DNA of 60,000 bases, taken from NCBI RefSeq assembly GCF_018977255.1, contig NW_024704743.1:22694001-22754000 (forward strand), written 5' to 3'. Below are positions 38,071 through 50,295 of this stretch, one piece after another; the stretch's first letter is position 1; every line of letters begins with the position of its first letter. The DNA is from Callorhinchus milii. Lineage: Eukaryota. The position numbers were made by a program, and so were the translations under genes. The notes under the pieces are model-generated. The model had not been told where the DNA came from and did no database searches. It worked only from the letters and a program-made list of their open reading frames with translations.

Positions 38071-38540
38071 TATAATCTGTCATCAAGCCATCCATGTCTT
38101 TCAGAGATCGCTGAAAGTACAGCAGCAATCTTTTCTGATTTATAATAAGGCCTTTGTATTAAAATAGGGGCTCTCATCAACTATTTGCCCCCATTCTCTT
38201 GGTCTGATAGTTTCAGCTCACTGTGTGCTGGTTCTCTATCTGACCTGGAGCATTGTGATCATTTCTGGTGTTACATACTGTACAACTATAGAAATGTAAA
38301 GGCCTAGAAAAAAACATTTTTTCACGTTCAGTGTTTGCTTTTCCAAGAAGTCAAACATCCTAAGCCCAATTCCGTGCACTTTCCATGTACCTTCTAATAA
38401 CCTTCCTCTCTAACACTCTTTCACATGTCCCTCTTAGCACTGCTCTAAGTGCCACTCTTGGTAAATCATTTCAATCCATTCCTAGGTTTGAAGCCAGTTC
38501 TCGCTCAAGTTCTTTCAAGAACTGCAGAAACTGGCTCCAA

Positions 38541-38610
38541 ATAAATAATAATAAATAATAATAAATAATAATTTATAAATAAATTTATAAATAATAAATA
38601 TAAATAATAA
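38541..38610. repeat. AT-rich (AAT/TAAA) low-complexity tract
   Basis: ataaataataataaataata... Confidence 0.9.
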
Positions 38611-38639
38611 GCATTGATGTAGCGCCGAGCCATCAGAAA

Positions 38640-38900
38640 GCGCTACACAGAATATATACTAAATTTAATTGACTGTATATTTTGTGGGCGAAATGTGGTA
38701 GCCAACTGCGCACAGCAGTGTCCCACAAACAGTTGTGGATTGAATGAACAAATGTTTTGGGTGGGGCATTTTTTTGGAATAGATTTTTTTAAGAAAGCGA
38801 TCCACCAATTGACTAACAACCAGGTTCTTACTTACTGCTGGGTAAATTGAGGCGTGTGGAATAAGGAAACTTGCCTGAGGTTTCACCCTGCCTGGGAATC
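38640..38900 (-). mobile_element. CORE-like SINE, partial
   Basis: Reverse complement of the shared 3' module and the cagcagtaagtaagaacc core. Confidence 0.85.
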
Positions 38901-39837
38901 TCTAACCATTACACTACAGGCCTCCACAAAGCTAAGACTGAGTTAACAATTTCCAAATTCTGAAATGCCGCACAGATAAAGTAAATATAGACCCAGGTGG
39001 AATTTCTCTCAGAGTGTGAGCTGGTGTGTGTTTTTTTCTGTTGGATTGAATCCCATTTAAAGGAGGGAAAGCAAGCCTGCAACAGGAAATGCTGCATTAG
39101 TAGATGAGGAGTCAGTCAGCGTGCAGAGGGAGTGCTATGAGCAAACAGATACAGAAGAAAACGTGGGAGGCTGTTTTTAGCACACTGCTTTCGCTTTGTT
39201 TTAGTTTACCCTTGACAGCGATGAATAGTAATTCATCCCCAGTTAGCTGGTGAGTGGAATTTTCCAGCTTGACCACATCCAAGCAAATCTACAACACAGA
39301 AGAGGCTTGATGCCTTGTCTGGATCAATCAGAATGGGACATTCTCAAGTGGTTCTGCAAATGCTCCAGGAGTGTGCAACCCAGAACAACAACAACTTATA
39401 ATAATAATAATCCTTGCATTTGAAATAGCGCTTTATCTCGTCATTGAGACGTCTCAAAAATTTCACAGAATTTACTGTAAAGTGAATTGACTATGTATTT
39501 TGTGGGCGAAAAATGCCACAAAAATGGCTCTTCTGACTCTACATTTACGGGGGTGAAGATACGACAAGATGGGAACTGCCAAAGTTCAGTTGATAATTAT
39601 TGATTGGTTTCAAGTTTCAACACTTCTGTGACTTTGGCACAATGGCTGGAACCAAAGATCTCCATTCCTACCAACAACAAAACAACTTGCCCTTCACACG
39701 GGATAACGTCTCAAAGCGATTCACAGTGGCAAAATCAGACACCGAGCAAAGGAGATGAGGGGAGGTGACAATTTCCTCCCCCCCCCATCTTACACACCAG
39801 CACACACACTGTTATCACCACAATAAACAAGCTTTAC

Positions 39838-40028
39838 CTTTGGGCTCAGTTGAGAAATCCAGAATGTCATTGCATTCATCCTCAGAGCACGAGCACATGT
39901 AGAACTCGTCTTCCTTCTTCTTCATCAAACATTTAGTATTGTTGTAGTCATCCAGCAAGTGGCCATGCAGGCGTCGTGACGGATGATGGCACAGCGTTTC
40001 CACAATCGTATTGTTATCTTGCTTTCTC
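39838..40028 (-). CDS. TGFBR2: TGFBR2 exon 3 (191 bp; second half of the ectodomain)
   Basis: ctattag|G AGA AAG ... AAA G|gtaaag. RKQDNNTIVETLCHHPSRRLHGHLLDDYNNTKCLMKKKEDEFYMCSCSEDECNDILDFSTEPK (CSC-x-x-x-ECND box). Confidence 0.97.
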
Positions 40029-41119
40029 CTAATAGTTTTTAAAAAAAGAGAGCATTTATGATTAGAGTTGGGCTGAAAAACCTAACAAGGAGTTTTGTAA
40101 CATTACTGGAGCTTGATATAGAGACGAAGCACATTGTAACTGCTCAAAGTGCTCCGCACAGAGGGTTACCATGAAGTGTACTTTACTGGCTGTTGTTAGG
40201 AACAGTCGTTACACTTCAAAGTAAAGATTGAATTAAGCCAGTGTTCCCTGAACTAAAATGCTGGGGACCTGCAGGGCTCCAAGACGGCAGCAAAAGATTT
40301 TGGGAGAAATAATTTGAAGGAAGGGATGAGACCAAATAGGCCGAAGGGACTTCTTCAACCGAACCAATCTTGTGATTGTGTGCACAAGGTCGGGAGGGGA
40401 GTTCAAGCATAACAGTTATCAAACAGGACATCTCCAGGAGCAGCACGTCTCATTGCACATCACGTTTTTCACCCCATTTACACAACATTGGGTGGAGTCC
40501 AAGGCAGTGGCTTACACTTACTGTGAGCAACCACCAGGACTTAGCCACGACACAGTCACAAAGCAAAGTTTAGAAATGTCCCCATGGCTCAGTTGAGAAA
40601 AGAACTTACGTGTTTTATAGTTCTTTATCATGTAAAACGTGACTGGCAACTGGTAACTATTACCACTGACTCTTAAGTCTTTTACAGTATTGAGAAACTA
40701 ATTAGAACACTTTTTACTCTGCATTACCGTGGTTTGAAAATATACAAAGCTTCATCAACATGTCGAGACATGCAGAGGCAGGTTATTAATCAGAGAGTGT
40801 GGCATGGGAATGTAGGAGAACAAACCAGTGACCGTCAGCAAATTCACAAAGGAATTCTATAACTTCTTGACAAACATTTCGATTGAAGTGATATATTTCA
40901 ACTTGAGCTATTCCTTAAATATTCCTATTGGTGCTGATGTTAATTAAGCTCCTTTAAGGAATTCCACTAATTGTATCCTGTAAGCGTAATGTAAAATTGG
41001 ACCACAATGAGACAGGACAGTTGGACCACAATTGTTTTTCCTGGTTCTTTACATTCCTATGCTGCTATGTAACCTCATTACAGCTGTTATGGGCTGGACG
41101 GTTCAGAGAGGTACGTTAC

Positions 41120-41264
41120 CAGATGGATACGCAGACTTCACCATCTTCCGCGCAGATAGAGGTCTTGTCGCACTTGCTTTTGCACGTGCCACTGTTGCTG
41201 CAATTAGTAGGCATGACGTCGCAGAACATGCACAGCTTGTGTAAGATGAATGGCGATCTGTCCC
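41120..41264 (-). CDS. TGFBR2: TGFBR2 exon 2 (145 bp; first half of the ectodomain)
   Basis: ccttcctaccctcttccgttcaatag|GG ... ATC TG|gtaacg. DRSPFILHKLCMFCDVMPTNCSNSGTCKSKCDKTSICAEDGEVCVSIW (7 Cys). Phase 1 in, phase 2 out, joining exon 3 in frame. Confidence 0.93.
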
Positions 41265-43159
41265 CTATTGAACGGAAGAGGGTAGGAAGGTTTAATGTTT
41301 GGGGTAAACATTCCACATGGGCCTACATTTACTCTGCTCTCTGAGCATTTCAGACGTGTCCAGTTTTTGGCACAGCTCTTAAATATAGCCTTCGTTTTGA
41401 AACGTGCGAGAAAATTAATTAACTAAAGTTATGTCGAGAACTATAAAACAAAGCTTCAATATTATGACTGAATTTCGCAAATTAGTAAATTCTGGCCGCT
41501 CTAAAATGTTAACAGAGTAAACCTAGCACCAGGTGGAATTTCTCCTCTTTATATGCAAACAACAACAACAAATTACATTTGTATAGCACCTTTCATGAGG
41601 GAGGACATCAAGGATTTGGACCCAAGTTGGGGGTGGGGATTAGGAAGGGTGGAGGGCAGAGGTAGAGGTAGGAGGGTGACTGAAGGTCGATCGAAGAGGA
41701 GGGTCTTGAGTCATTAAACAAATGCATGATTCGTAAACCTAAAGATTCTGCAACTTCCAGCTCGGGGACTGAAATTGTGGGATGTGTTTGCCAAATCTAC
41801 TTATAAGATCAGGAAAACAAATCGGGAAAAAAAAGAATCCCAAAGGCCAGCTGAAACATTTTGTGGCTGGCGTTTTCCATTCCCTTCATTTTTGGGGGCC
41901 TTTCCCTAGCTCAAATGTAACACATTGTCCACAATCGCAACAGCAATTTTTGCTTTAGGTATAGTGTACCTTATTTCCGGACCCCAGTGTCCCTCCTGCC
42001 CACTGACAGTACAATACACTGGCTACACCATTCAACACCTCACCAACCAATGCTCTGGACAGTCAGTCTGCTGACAAATAAATGCATGCCTCTGTTTGAC
42101 TACGAAACAGTCACTACACTTGACAGCGATTACTTGTGATGCACTTCGACATGTTTCACCGTGACAAAATACTTCAACAATAACAATTTGCATTTATATA
42201 ACGGCCTTCACGTAGGGCAACGTCTCAGAGCGCTTAACAGTGGCGGAACCTGAGCTTGCGTACAATAGTGCAAGCTCTTCCGCCTCTTTTCATTATCGTC
42301 TCGTTATACTCAGTCTATCCGAGGCCGTTCTGTTTAGAAGTAAAAGTTTTAAAATAAACTCGGTTCAACTTTAATAGCTTTAAAAAAAAACAGGAATCTT
42401 TAAGCTGTTATGCGGAGATAATATGGACTCAAACCACTTTGTTCCCTCAGCACCAAAGGTCAAAGAAACACAGTTTGCAGAGATAACCTTGTGTCACTGC
42501 GGGACAGCATCTCACATGACTTATGGACTCTCAGCTCCCCTGAGATGTAGAAGCAAGGTTAAAAAATACTGCAGGCCCTCGGTGCAGGTAAGCATATTAT
42601 GGTTGTTCAGTGGGATTTTACACTAGGACCCAGTGCTGATGGATAAAGGGTAGAAAGTCTCCCACTCCCCAGGTTGGAGAGAAAACGTGGGCATTAATCT
42701 CGCCACACCCCAGCCACCAGCTGCTTGTGCAGTTGTTGATTTTAATAAAAAGAAAAATTGATTAAATATTAGTTTCCGAGTGCATCAACAAGGGACGAAT
42801 TACTGAGTCCAACAGTATGAGTAAACCACATTAGAAATCAGCAGAGGAGCAGCTGTTAAACCAGGGAGCGTGCTACACATACATAGACGTCCAACTCCCC
42901 GCCCCCTCGGCTCCCAGTAAAAAACAGCTGAATGATTCCCTCCTCTCTTGCAATAAGCAAAGTTCCATCAGCCATGTGTGAACCTAGGTGTTTCAGATCA
43001 ATCGCGACTCTGTCATTAAAAGTGAAACCCACAAGACATTATTTTGGCTATATTGGGGCTTGACTCATTCTTTTATTGATTTTTGGGAACGAGGGTGGAG
43101 AACTGCTCCGCAGGGCCGAAATTCCAACTGGGTCTAGATGTGCTCCAATTATGTAGCAT

Positions 43160-43390
43160 TTCAGCGAGCACCGGCCTGCTTCATGTCCCCATCGTATCTG
43201 CCTCACCATTGGCAGGTGGACTTTCAGTCATTCTGCCCCCGCTCTTTGGAACTCCATCCCAGCGTCTCTCTGTCTCCCTCCCTCAGCTCATTCAACGTCT
43301 GTCTCAAGACCTACCTCTTTGACTGTGCTTTTGGTCACCTTTCCCCTTCCAACCCTCGGCTCCCATCCCCAGCCAGCAGTGTCCTCCCAG
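43160..43390 (+). mobile_element. Old L2 3' fragment
   Basis: LKTYLFDCAFG; accattggcaggtggactttcag...ctctttggaactcc. Confidence 0.75.
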
Positions 43391-43647
43391 AGTACAGGTC
43401 TCCACAGCACACTGGGTAATCCAATAACTTCTCCAGCGAGGGGGTTTATTAATATTTGACCTTGTGCTCCTAGCTGGACAAGTTGCACAAATACTATTAC
43501 CCATTGCCCCAAATGAGCCTATGCTCTTCATTATTCCTCTTGCTACATCCGGGGGGAGTTAACAGCCCATAAATGTTGGATGACAGCCAAGAACGTGATT
43601 TTCCTATTGGTAAGCTGCATGCTTTCAGTTAGTCACATTCCAACAGT

Positions 43648-43970
43648 AATAATAATAATAATAATCCTTGCATTTGTTATAGCGCTTTTCACGTCGGGAG
43701 GACGTCCCAAAGCGCTTCACAGAATATACTGTAAAGTGAATTGACTGTATATTTGTGGGCGAACGCGGCAGCCAATTGCGCACAGCAATGTCCCACAAAC
43801 AGTCGTGGATTGAAAATGACCAATTTATTATTGTTTTTGTTTTTTGGAGGGATTATTATTAGGCTCTGTGTGGAGGAAGGAAACTTGCCCAAGGTTTCGC
43901 CCTCTGCCTGGAATTGAACTCAGGTCTCTCACTTGCAAAGCGAGTGCTCTAACCACTGAGCTACAGGACT
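43648..43970 (-). mobile_element. tRNA-derived SINE, short (young) subfamily, full length
   Basis: - strand gagtcctgtagctcagtggttagagcactcgctttgcaagtgagagacctgagttcaattcc...ccacacagagcctaataataatccc...(att)n. Confidence 0.92.
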
Positions 43971-44799
43971 CCACAAAGTACCCCATCGTACACTTTGGGA
44001 TTACTAATGTCTTGGCCTTTGTCAACCTACAGCTGTGTAGACAAGTGGGTGTTTCATGTGGTTCCCCCTCAGTGCATCCCCCAAGAGGGAGGAAGTGCAC
44101 GCTCTAGGGCTAGCAAAGGAAATGCTGCGTTGGTGGGTTTAACCTATTGTCCGGAACTGGAGACTCTTAATAATATTGATAATAATAACCCTTGCATTTG
44201 ATATAGCACCCTATCACATCGTCGAAACATTTCAAAGCACTTCATAGGATTTACCCTAAAGTGTAGCGACTGTGTATTTCTGGACGCACGTCAATTGCCT
44301 GAATGATCAAAAACAGTGCTGTTGCAGATGTGTGAGTTCTGTATTATAAATGGTACTGTACTGAGGATACACAGCTGGCAAACATGGGGTGCAGAACGAT
44401 TCAGTGATGGAGCCTGGTCATAGGCAACGTTTGCGTCAGTTTAGTGATCATTTCCTGGGTGTTTCCGATTGATATGAAGCTGCTTTCAACAAAACTAAAA
44501 TTACAGGCCGACCCCATTATATAACATGGTGGTTTGAGTCCATAAACTCAAACTGTTCCCTCGTTATAATAAGCCCATCTTTTAATTCCAAACAGGCTCT
44601 ATTAGGTTTCAAAGGTTGCTTCGTTTTCCTCTCCCCATTTAAGCTGATAGCCTTATCATACATCTGTTTCCCAGCCAGGAGGCGAGAATGTAACCAACCT
44701 CGATGTTGGAATTGTGAGTGATGGTTGTCAGATACTGAGTTAAGCTGGTTGGTGACTAAAGAGCATCTTTTTAAGACACTTAGCAAACAAACAGATGGG

Positions 44800-45010
44800 G
44801 AAATTAGAATTTCTTTCACGCACAAAGCAGTTAGGATATGAAAAGCCCTCCCGGGCTTCAAAAGGGACCTAGATACATATCTATGAAGGAAAAATCTGCA
44901 GGATATCAGGGAAAGAACAGGTAAATGGGACTGAAAGGATTATTCTTTAAAAGAGCCAGCACTGACGTAATGGGCAGAATGGCCTTCTTCTGTGCCGTTA
45001 AAAAATTCTA
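44800..45010 (+). mobile_element. CR1 3' end
   Basis: ttctttcacgcacaaagcagttagg...aaagagccagcac...atgggcagaatggccttcttctgtgc. Confidence 0.75.
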
Positions 45011-45923
45011 AGTGAGTATCCAGATACCCGGTGCTCCAATGCCATGACCCACAGAATGAAAGTTCAACGGTTGCCTTGGGCAAGCTTCACACCCAGCCAC
45101 TATCACGCATAACCTGGGGCCCGTTTTTGTTATCCACTGGCCCCTCTGACCTCATTTAGCAGCAACGTGAGAACTACCTTCGGTGACGATTGACACATCA
45201 GAGAGAGTACAGTTTTCACACTGTAGCACGCCAGGCATTGTGCAGCGTCTCCTCCAAAAAAGGTAGCGCTGTGGCTCCCGAAGGCGAGAAGATTACAGGG
45301 AGAACACGTCAATGGAACACACCAGTTCTTGTGCTGGTGGAGTAGGAAGAGGGCAGGAGAGGGGAATGGTGAAACAGGGAAGGAAGCAGGCCACGAATGA
45401 ACAGTACAAAATACGCCATGGGAAATATGAATCGCTTAATTTATATTTTTCATTTACTTTTTGCTTCATTATGTTTGTAAGGGGGAGTGGGAGGGGGGAG
45501 GGCTGATAGGGGTCAGAACCTTCCCTTGAGATCAAATGGGGTGGGGCAAAAATCCATAATAAGTTTTTTTTGGTGCACTGTGGCGAGCAGATTTAATGTA
45601 TTAATTTTTTTATGTACTTAAGGGCAACTGTCATTGTTGTCCCTGTTCATTCACACAAATGTTAGCCTTGAAATTCCACTTTTCCTTTAAGATCACTTTG
45701 CCTTGAAGTATAAAATCATGCCAAATTGTGGAAATTTCTTAGGCTCAACTTTAAAAATTACCCCAAAAGTTTAAAAAGTTGCAAAAACATATCCTGTTCA
45801 CCTACAAAAATACACAGTAGTTACTATACTTTACTACGAATCTAACAAAGCCCTTTGAGACATCTTCCTGACGTCAAAGGCGCTATATCAAATGCAAGAA
45901 TGGTGTATTTATTATTTATTTAA

Positions 45924-46066
45924 TTTGGAAGCTGGTTTTCCGTAGCTCTCAAAAAGGAGCAGCTTCCAATTTAAGAGTGAATACAAGAATTTTCCACAGT
46001 TCTGTACAATCTTGCCTTTCAAGATAAAATGTTTTAAAGGCAAAGACCTAGTGGAATTTGGGGCCT
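45924..46066. mobile_element. Palindromic MITE family copy (centre and right arm)
   Basis: ttggaagctg...cagcttccaa hairpin, then aatttttccacagttctgtacaatctt...ggaatttggggcct. Confidence 0.6.
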
Positions 46067-48440
46067 ATATTTCAGCCCGCAAGCTAAACAAGTACTGGAA
46101 CGTTGTTATTTATATAGATTACTAGCCAGGGAACTACATGCAATTTTAGTTTAGAGAAACGTATACTGTATGTAAAAAAGGCCAAGTGTGAGCCACAAAC
46201 TGATTTGAATACACTTAGCCGCTCTTATGGTGGGTGTGGGTGTAAAGGTTGCAGCCTCTCGCTTGAGGTATTTTGCAGTAGATGTTTCAAGTCTGTAGAT
46301 GTTTATTTCCCTCACAATTTTGCTTTCAAGTTAAAGTTCAAACTTTCAGTTACATACCACAGAGTCTGCCCCAGTGCAAGTCGTTTCTTGCATCGCAGCA
46401 ACAGAGAATCAGTTTAATATGATGTTTTATATGACTCTCAAACACAAGATCGCTGAATCAATTACTACAACATCATATCAAATGTCCTCTATCAGGAACT
46501 CACTCCAATTTATTTAATCTCATTTCAGGGACGTGACGAACGATAGGGTAAAGGGTGTAAGGAGATAATGCTCCGAGTGTCTCACTGAGATAAACTGGTC
46601 GAACTCCAGGATTCCCATCACTTACATCCTAAATTACTCAGCTCTGACCAAGTCAGTTCCACCGGTGATATTTTCGCCCTCTCAGCACCACAGAAACTCT
46701 TGTCTACCAAGGAATATTAATCATCTATTACACATCTATTATATTTTTACAACTTTCAGACCTGATCTCAGACACACAACTGACTTCTTTATTTAAGAAA
46801 ATAAGGTGGCAACATTGAGGTTATTCCATATATAAGGTTGTACCTCTTATGGAGAAAAAAGGAGCTTTTAAAGTCTTGAAATACCTCTACTATTCTCCAC
46901 CCTTCTTCAGTGCATTAATGCCCTCCTGAGATTAGGGTGCCAAAAACTGTTCAACACTGAGTCTTAAAATAGAGGATAAAGGAATGTAGGCTTATACAAA
47001 TACAGACTCCACCTGATAATTGGAAGAACTGTATGTCATGCCAACCTGTAGGATCTCCATTCCAAAAATTCATTTACATTTGGAGCAGAGTTCTGACAGT
47101 TAGATGGGATTTCTAACCAAGTTAAACATTAAAGAATCCTGATATGAGTCCTGCAGTTATGATACTTCCTTCCTGGGTAGGTACTGCCGGCATCAAAACA
47201 GTCTTGCTCACAGGAATACAGCGATGTGGAGCAGCAAACTGGCTTTATACTCTCTGCCTTGTAAATCATGACAGGGGAAAAACACCCACTCAATTCTGCC
47301 GTTCAGTGTATGTGCCAAAGTGTTTTGCAACGGCGAATTGCAACAAACATTTCTTTTGTGAATTGGAGTCGAACAAGCACTAAGCACTGAGCATAAATGT
47401 AGCTTTAGCAATGGAATATGCAGTACTCAAATCTATCTGCTTCAGTTTTTAATCTCTGCCCTTGACATATTTTCATGCCATGGGGTGACAGTTCCACATT
47501 GACTGGATGCTTTCAGTGAGTGGCCAACAATCACACCCAAATCCTTTTCTTTTCCACTAATAGACACCCCTTCATTGTGTATACATTTCATGTTTCCTGT
47601 GCCAGTGAGCATTTATCTATATTGAAATACCTCTATTACTCTTTAGCCCATCTAGTTAATGGGCCCACATCCACTTTGAATACTAATAGCCCCCTATCAT
47701 TAAGTAAATTTGGGTGCATTTGTTTTTTATTTGAGATCAGTAATTTTGCTGATAGGCTTGAATGAAATAGGGAACCTCGGATTCCACCAAAAGAAGCATC
47801 AGGTCACATTTCAAACAGAATGCCACTGAGGCCTGGGTCTGGGTTGGGCTAACACAATATTCTTTCAGCCCTGGGTTTGATTCCAGCCCAGATGGAGTAG
47901 GTGGAACTTTGTAAGTTAAGTGGAGATTGTTGGGGTAGAGCTGAGAGAGCTTTGTGCTGTATACAGACAGCATTTGCTGCTGTATAACTGACCTGGCAGC
48001 GCTCGATGTTAAGACTCGGTGTATTGGGTGTTTAATATTAAATGCTGCATTCCTTAGTTTGAACTTTTTCACCTTAATATTCACATAACTCCCCCCCCAT
48101 AATTTCCCCCCCACAATTCCCCCAATCCTAATTACAATGACAGCAATTTGAACTGGTAATCCCCAGTGCAAGGAGTGTTTCAAACCAGGAAATCCCTCAC
48201 CACAATCACAATATGGAGAACAAAAACATAAAATAATTTGGTCACTGAATCCACAACTGTGCGCAATTGGCTGCCGCATTTTGCTCACAAAATATACAGT
48301 CAATTCACTTTAAAGTACATTCTGTCAAGCGCTTTGAGTTGTCTCAACGACGTGATAAGAGGTGCTATATCATATGCAAAGATTATTATTAAAACAGGCT
48401 TGCTCTGATTCTCTAAGAAATTAGGTTCTGTTCACATTAT

Positions 48441-49135
48441 ACAATACAAAATTACATTTGTAAAGCATCTTTCACGTTGGGAGGATGTTCCAAGGTGCTG
48501 AACAGTCAGGGATTAGTACCCGAGCAGGGTGGGGGGCGTGGATGGGTGTTGGGATCAGGGAGGGTGAACGGTGGGGAGGGTGAGGGTAGGAGAGTGGCGG
48601 AAGGTATGGTTGAAGAGGAGGGTCTTGAGGCGTTCCTTGAAGGAGGCAAGGAAGGGAGGCGAAGGGAATGTGGGACGGAGTTCCAGAGGTTGGGGGCAGA
48701 GAGACTGAAGACCCAATCGCCGATGGTAGGGTGGGTCGGGCAGGAGACATGGAGCAGGGCGGAACCTGCTGAGCGGAGGAAGCGGACAGGTTGATAAGGG
48801 GTTAGCAGGTCGGGGAGGTAGGAGGGGGCAAAGCCATGGAGGGCCTTGAAGGTGAGGATGAGAATTTTGAACTCGATCCTCTGAGGGATGGGGAGCCAGT
48901 GGAGCCGGGCAAAGGTGGGTATGAGAGGCTCATGAAGCCTGGTGCAGGAGAGGACACGAGCTGCAGAGTTCTGGATGATCTGCAGCTTGTGGAGGGAAGA
49001 GCTGGGAAGGCCAACCAGCAGGGTGTTGGCATAGTCGAACCTGGTTGTAATGAAGGCATAATGAGGGTTTTGGCAGCCTGAGGGGTGAGGCAGTGGCAGA
49101 GTCGGGCAATGTTGCGGAGGTGAGGGAAGGCAGAG
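48441..49135 (-). mobile_element. L2 3' fragment (~0.7 kb)
   Basis: RFDYANTLL, LQIIQNSAARVL, LHWLPIPQRIEFK; tail tgaaagatgctttacaaatgtaattttgtattgt. Confidence 0.93.
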
Positions 49136-50295
49136 CGTGTCGTTATTAAGTCTGGCCTCTGAAAGAGAGGCCGCTACACTTTGGGACACTCTGGCAGGGT
49201 TCAGGCTAGTTCCCGAAAGAGACACAATTACCTCGTGGGGTCACTTTGGCAAAGTTGAGAATAGTTCCTAAAAATAATATTGTTTCTCTTTGGAATCGCT
49301 TTGGCAGGATTCAGAATAATGTATTGCTAAAATCACTAGAGCATTATTAAGCTGGGTTGTCTTTTGTCAGTGAGAGTGACTCCCAATTCCCAATAAATCC
49401 CTTTGTAATGTTTGTATGGCTGGTGGAGTGTAGGGTCGGTTTGGGGGGGGAAACCAATACATAACAATCGCCCCAGAGCAGATGCCTGAACATCAAACTG
49501 GGTTTGTACGCTGTGGATCTTTGCAAAACCAACAGTTGTTCAGTTACTGAGCTCTCATTGCCATTCAGACCACTGCAGCTGCCTCCTGTCTGAACACAGT
49601 CAGAAATCTGCAAACAAGCCAATGCAGGTCCCGGTGGGGGTAGTGAGCTGCAACCAGTCTCAACACAACATAAAAGTGTCTCAAACAGCCATATGCTTAT
49701 AATTTGGGATGAGTTCCTCTTAAAGTGAGCAATCACTAAAGCTCGGAAGACACCAGAACAACATTCTTACTCTGTGACTCAAGCAGCACTAAGTATAAGT
49801 CTGATAATTTGCACGTGCAGTTCTTTCAATTTTAGGCAGTTGCAATGTTACAAGTTCCAACAGCAAATCAGGCTGTAAAATGCAAAAATCTTTTGCTTTT
49901 CGTTTTAATTTGATTACTGATCTTAATTACTCAAATGAAGCGCTTTGAGGCATTTCCCCCCCAGATGTGAAAGGTGGTATCTAAATGTAAATTGATCTTG
50001 TAATCGTGATTAACATTTTTTTAAACTCTCAAATGACAAACTTGTTTTAGGTGAAAAAAGTACTGTAATCGCTTGTTGCATGGATCAATCAAAAAGTAAC
50101 CTTGGGTCGAGTCATTTCAGTGCTTGGGCCACCTACTTTTCCGAAAAAGTTGCTAAACAGCGAAAAATTGTGATGCTTAGCAATAGATACGATGTGATAA
50201 TTATCAATGATTTCATGTGAAACGTTGCATTTTTTACCCCAAGATCAATGGTCTGTAATATTTTGGAGTCTTTTAGAGTATTGGTTTGAATCACT

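Noticed and set aside
47810..48030. Possible ancient SINE remnants (also ~13380-13560, ~20150-20420, ~51600-51830)
   Set aside because: Vaguely SINE-like but too degraded to assign by eye; needs an HMM search.
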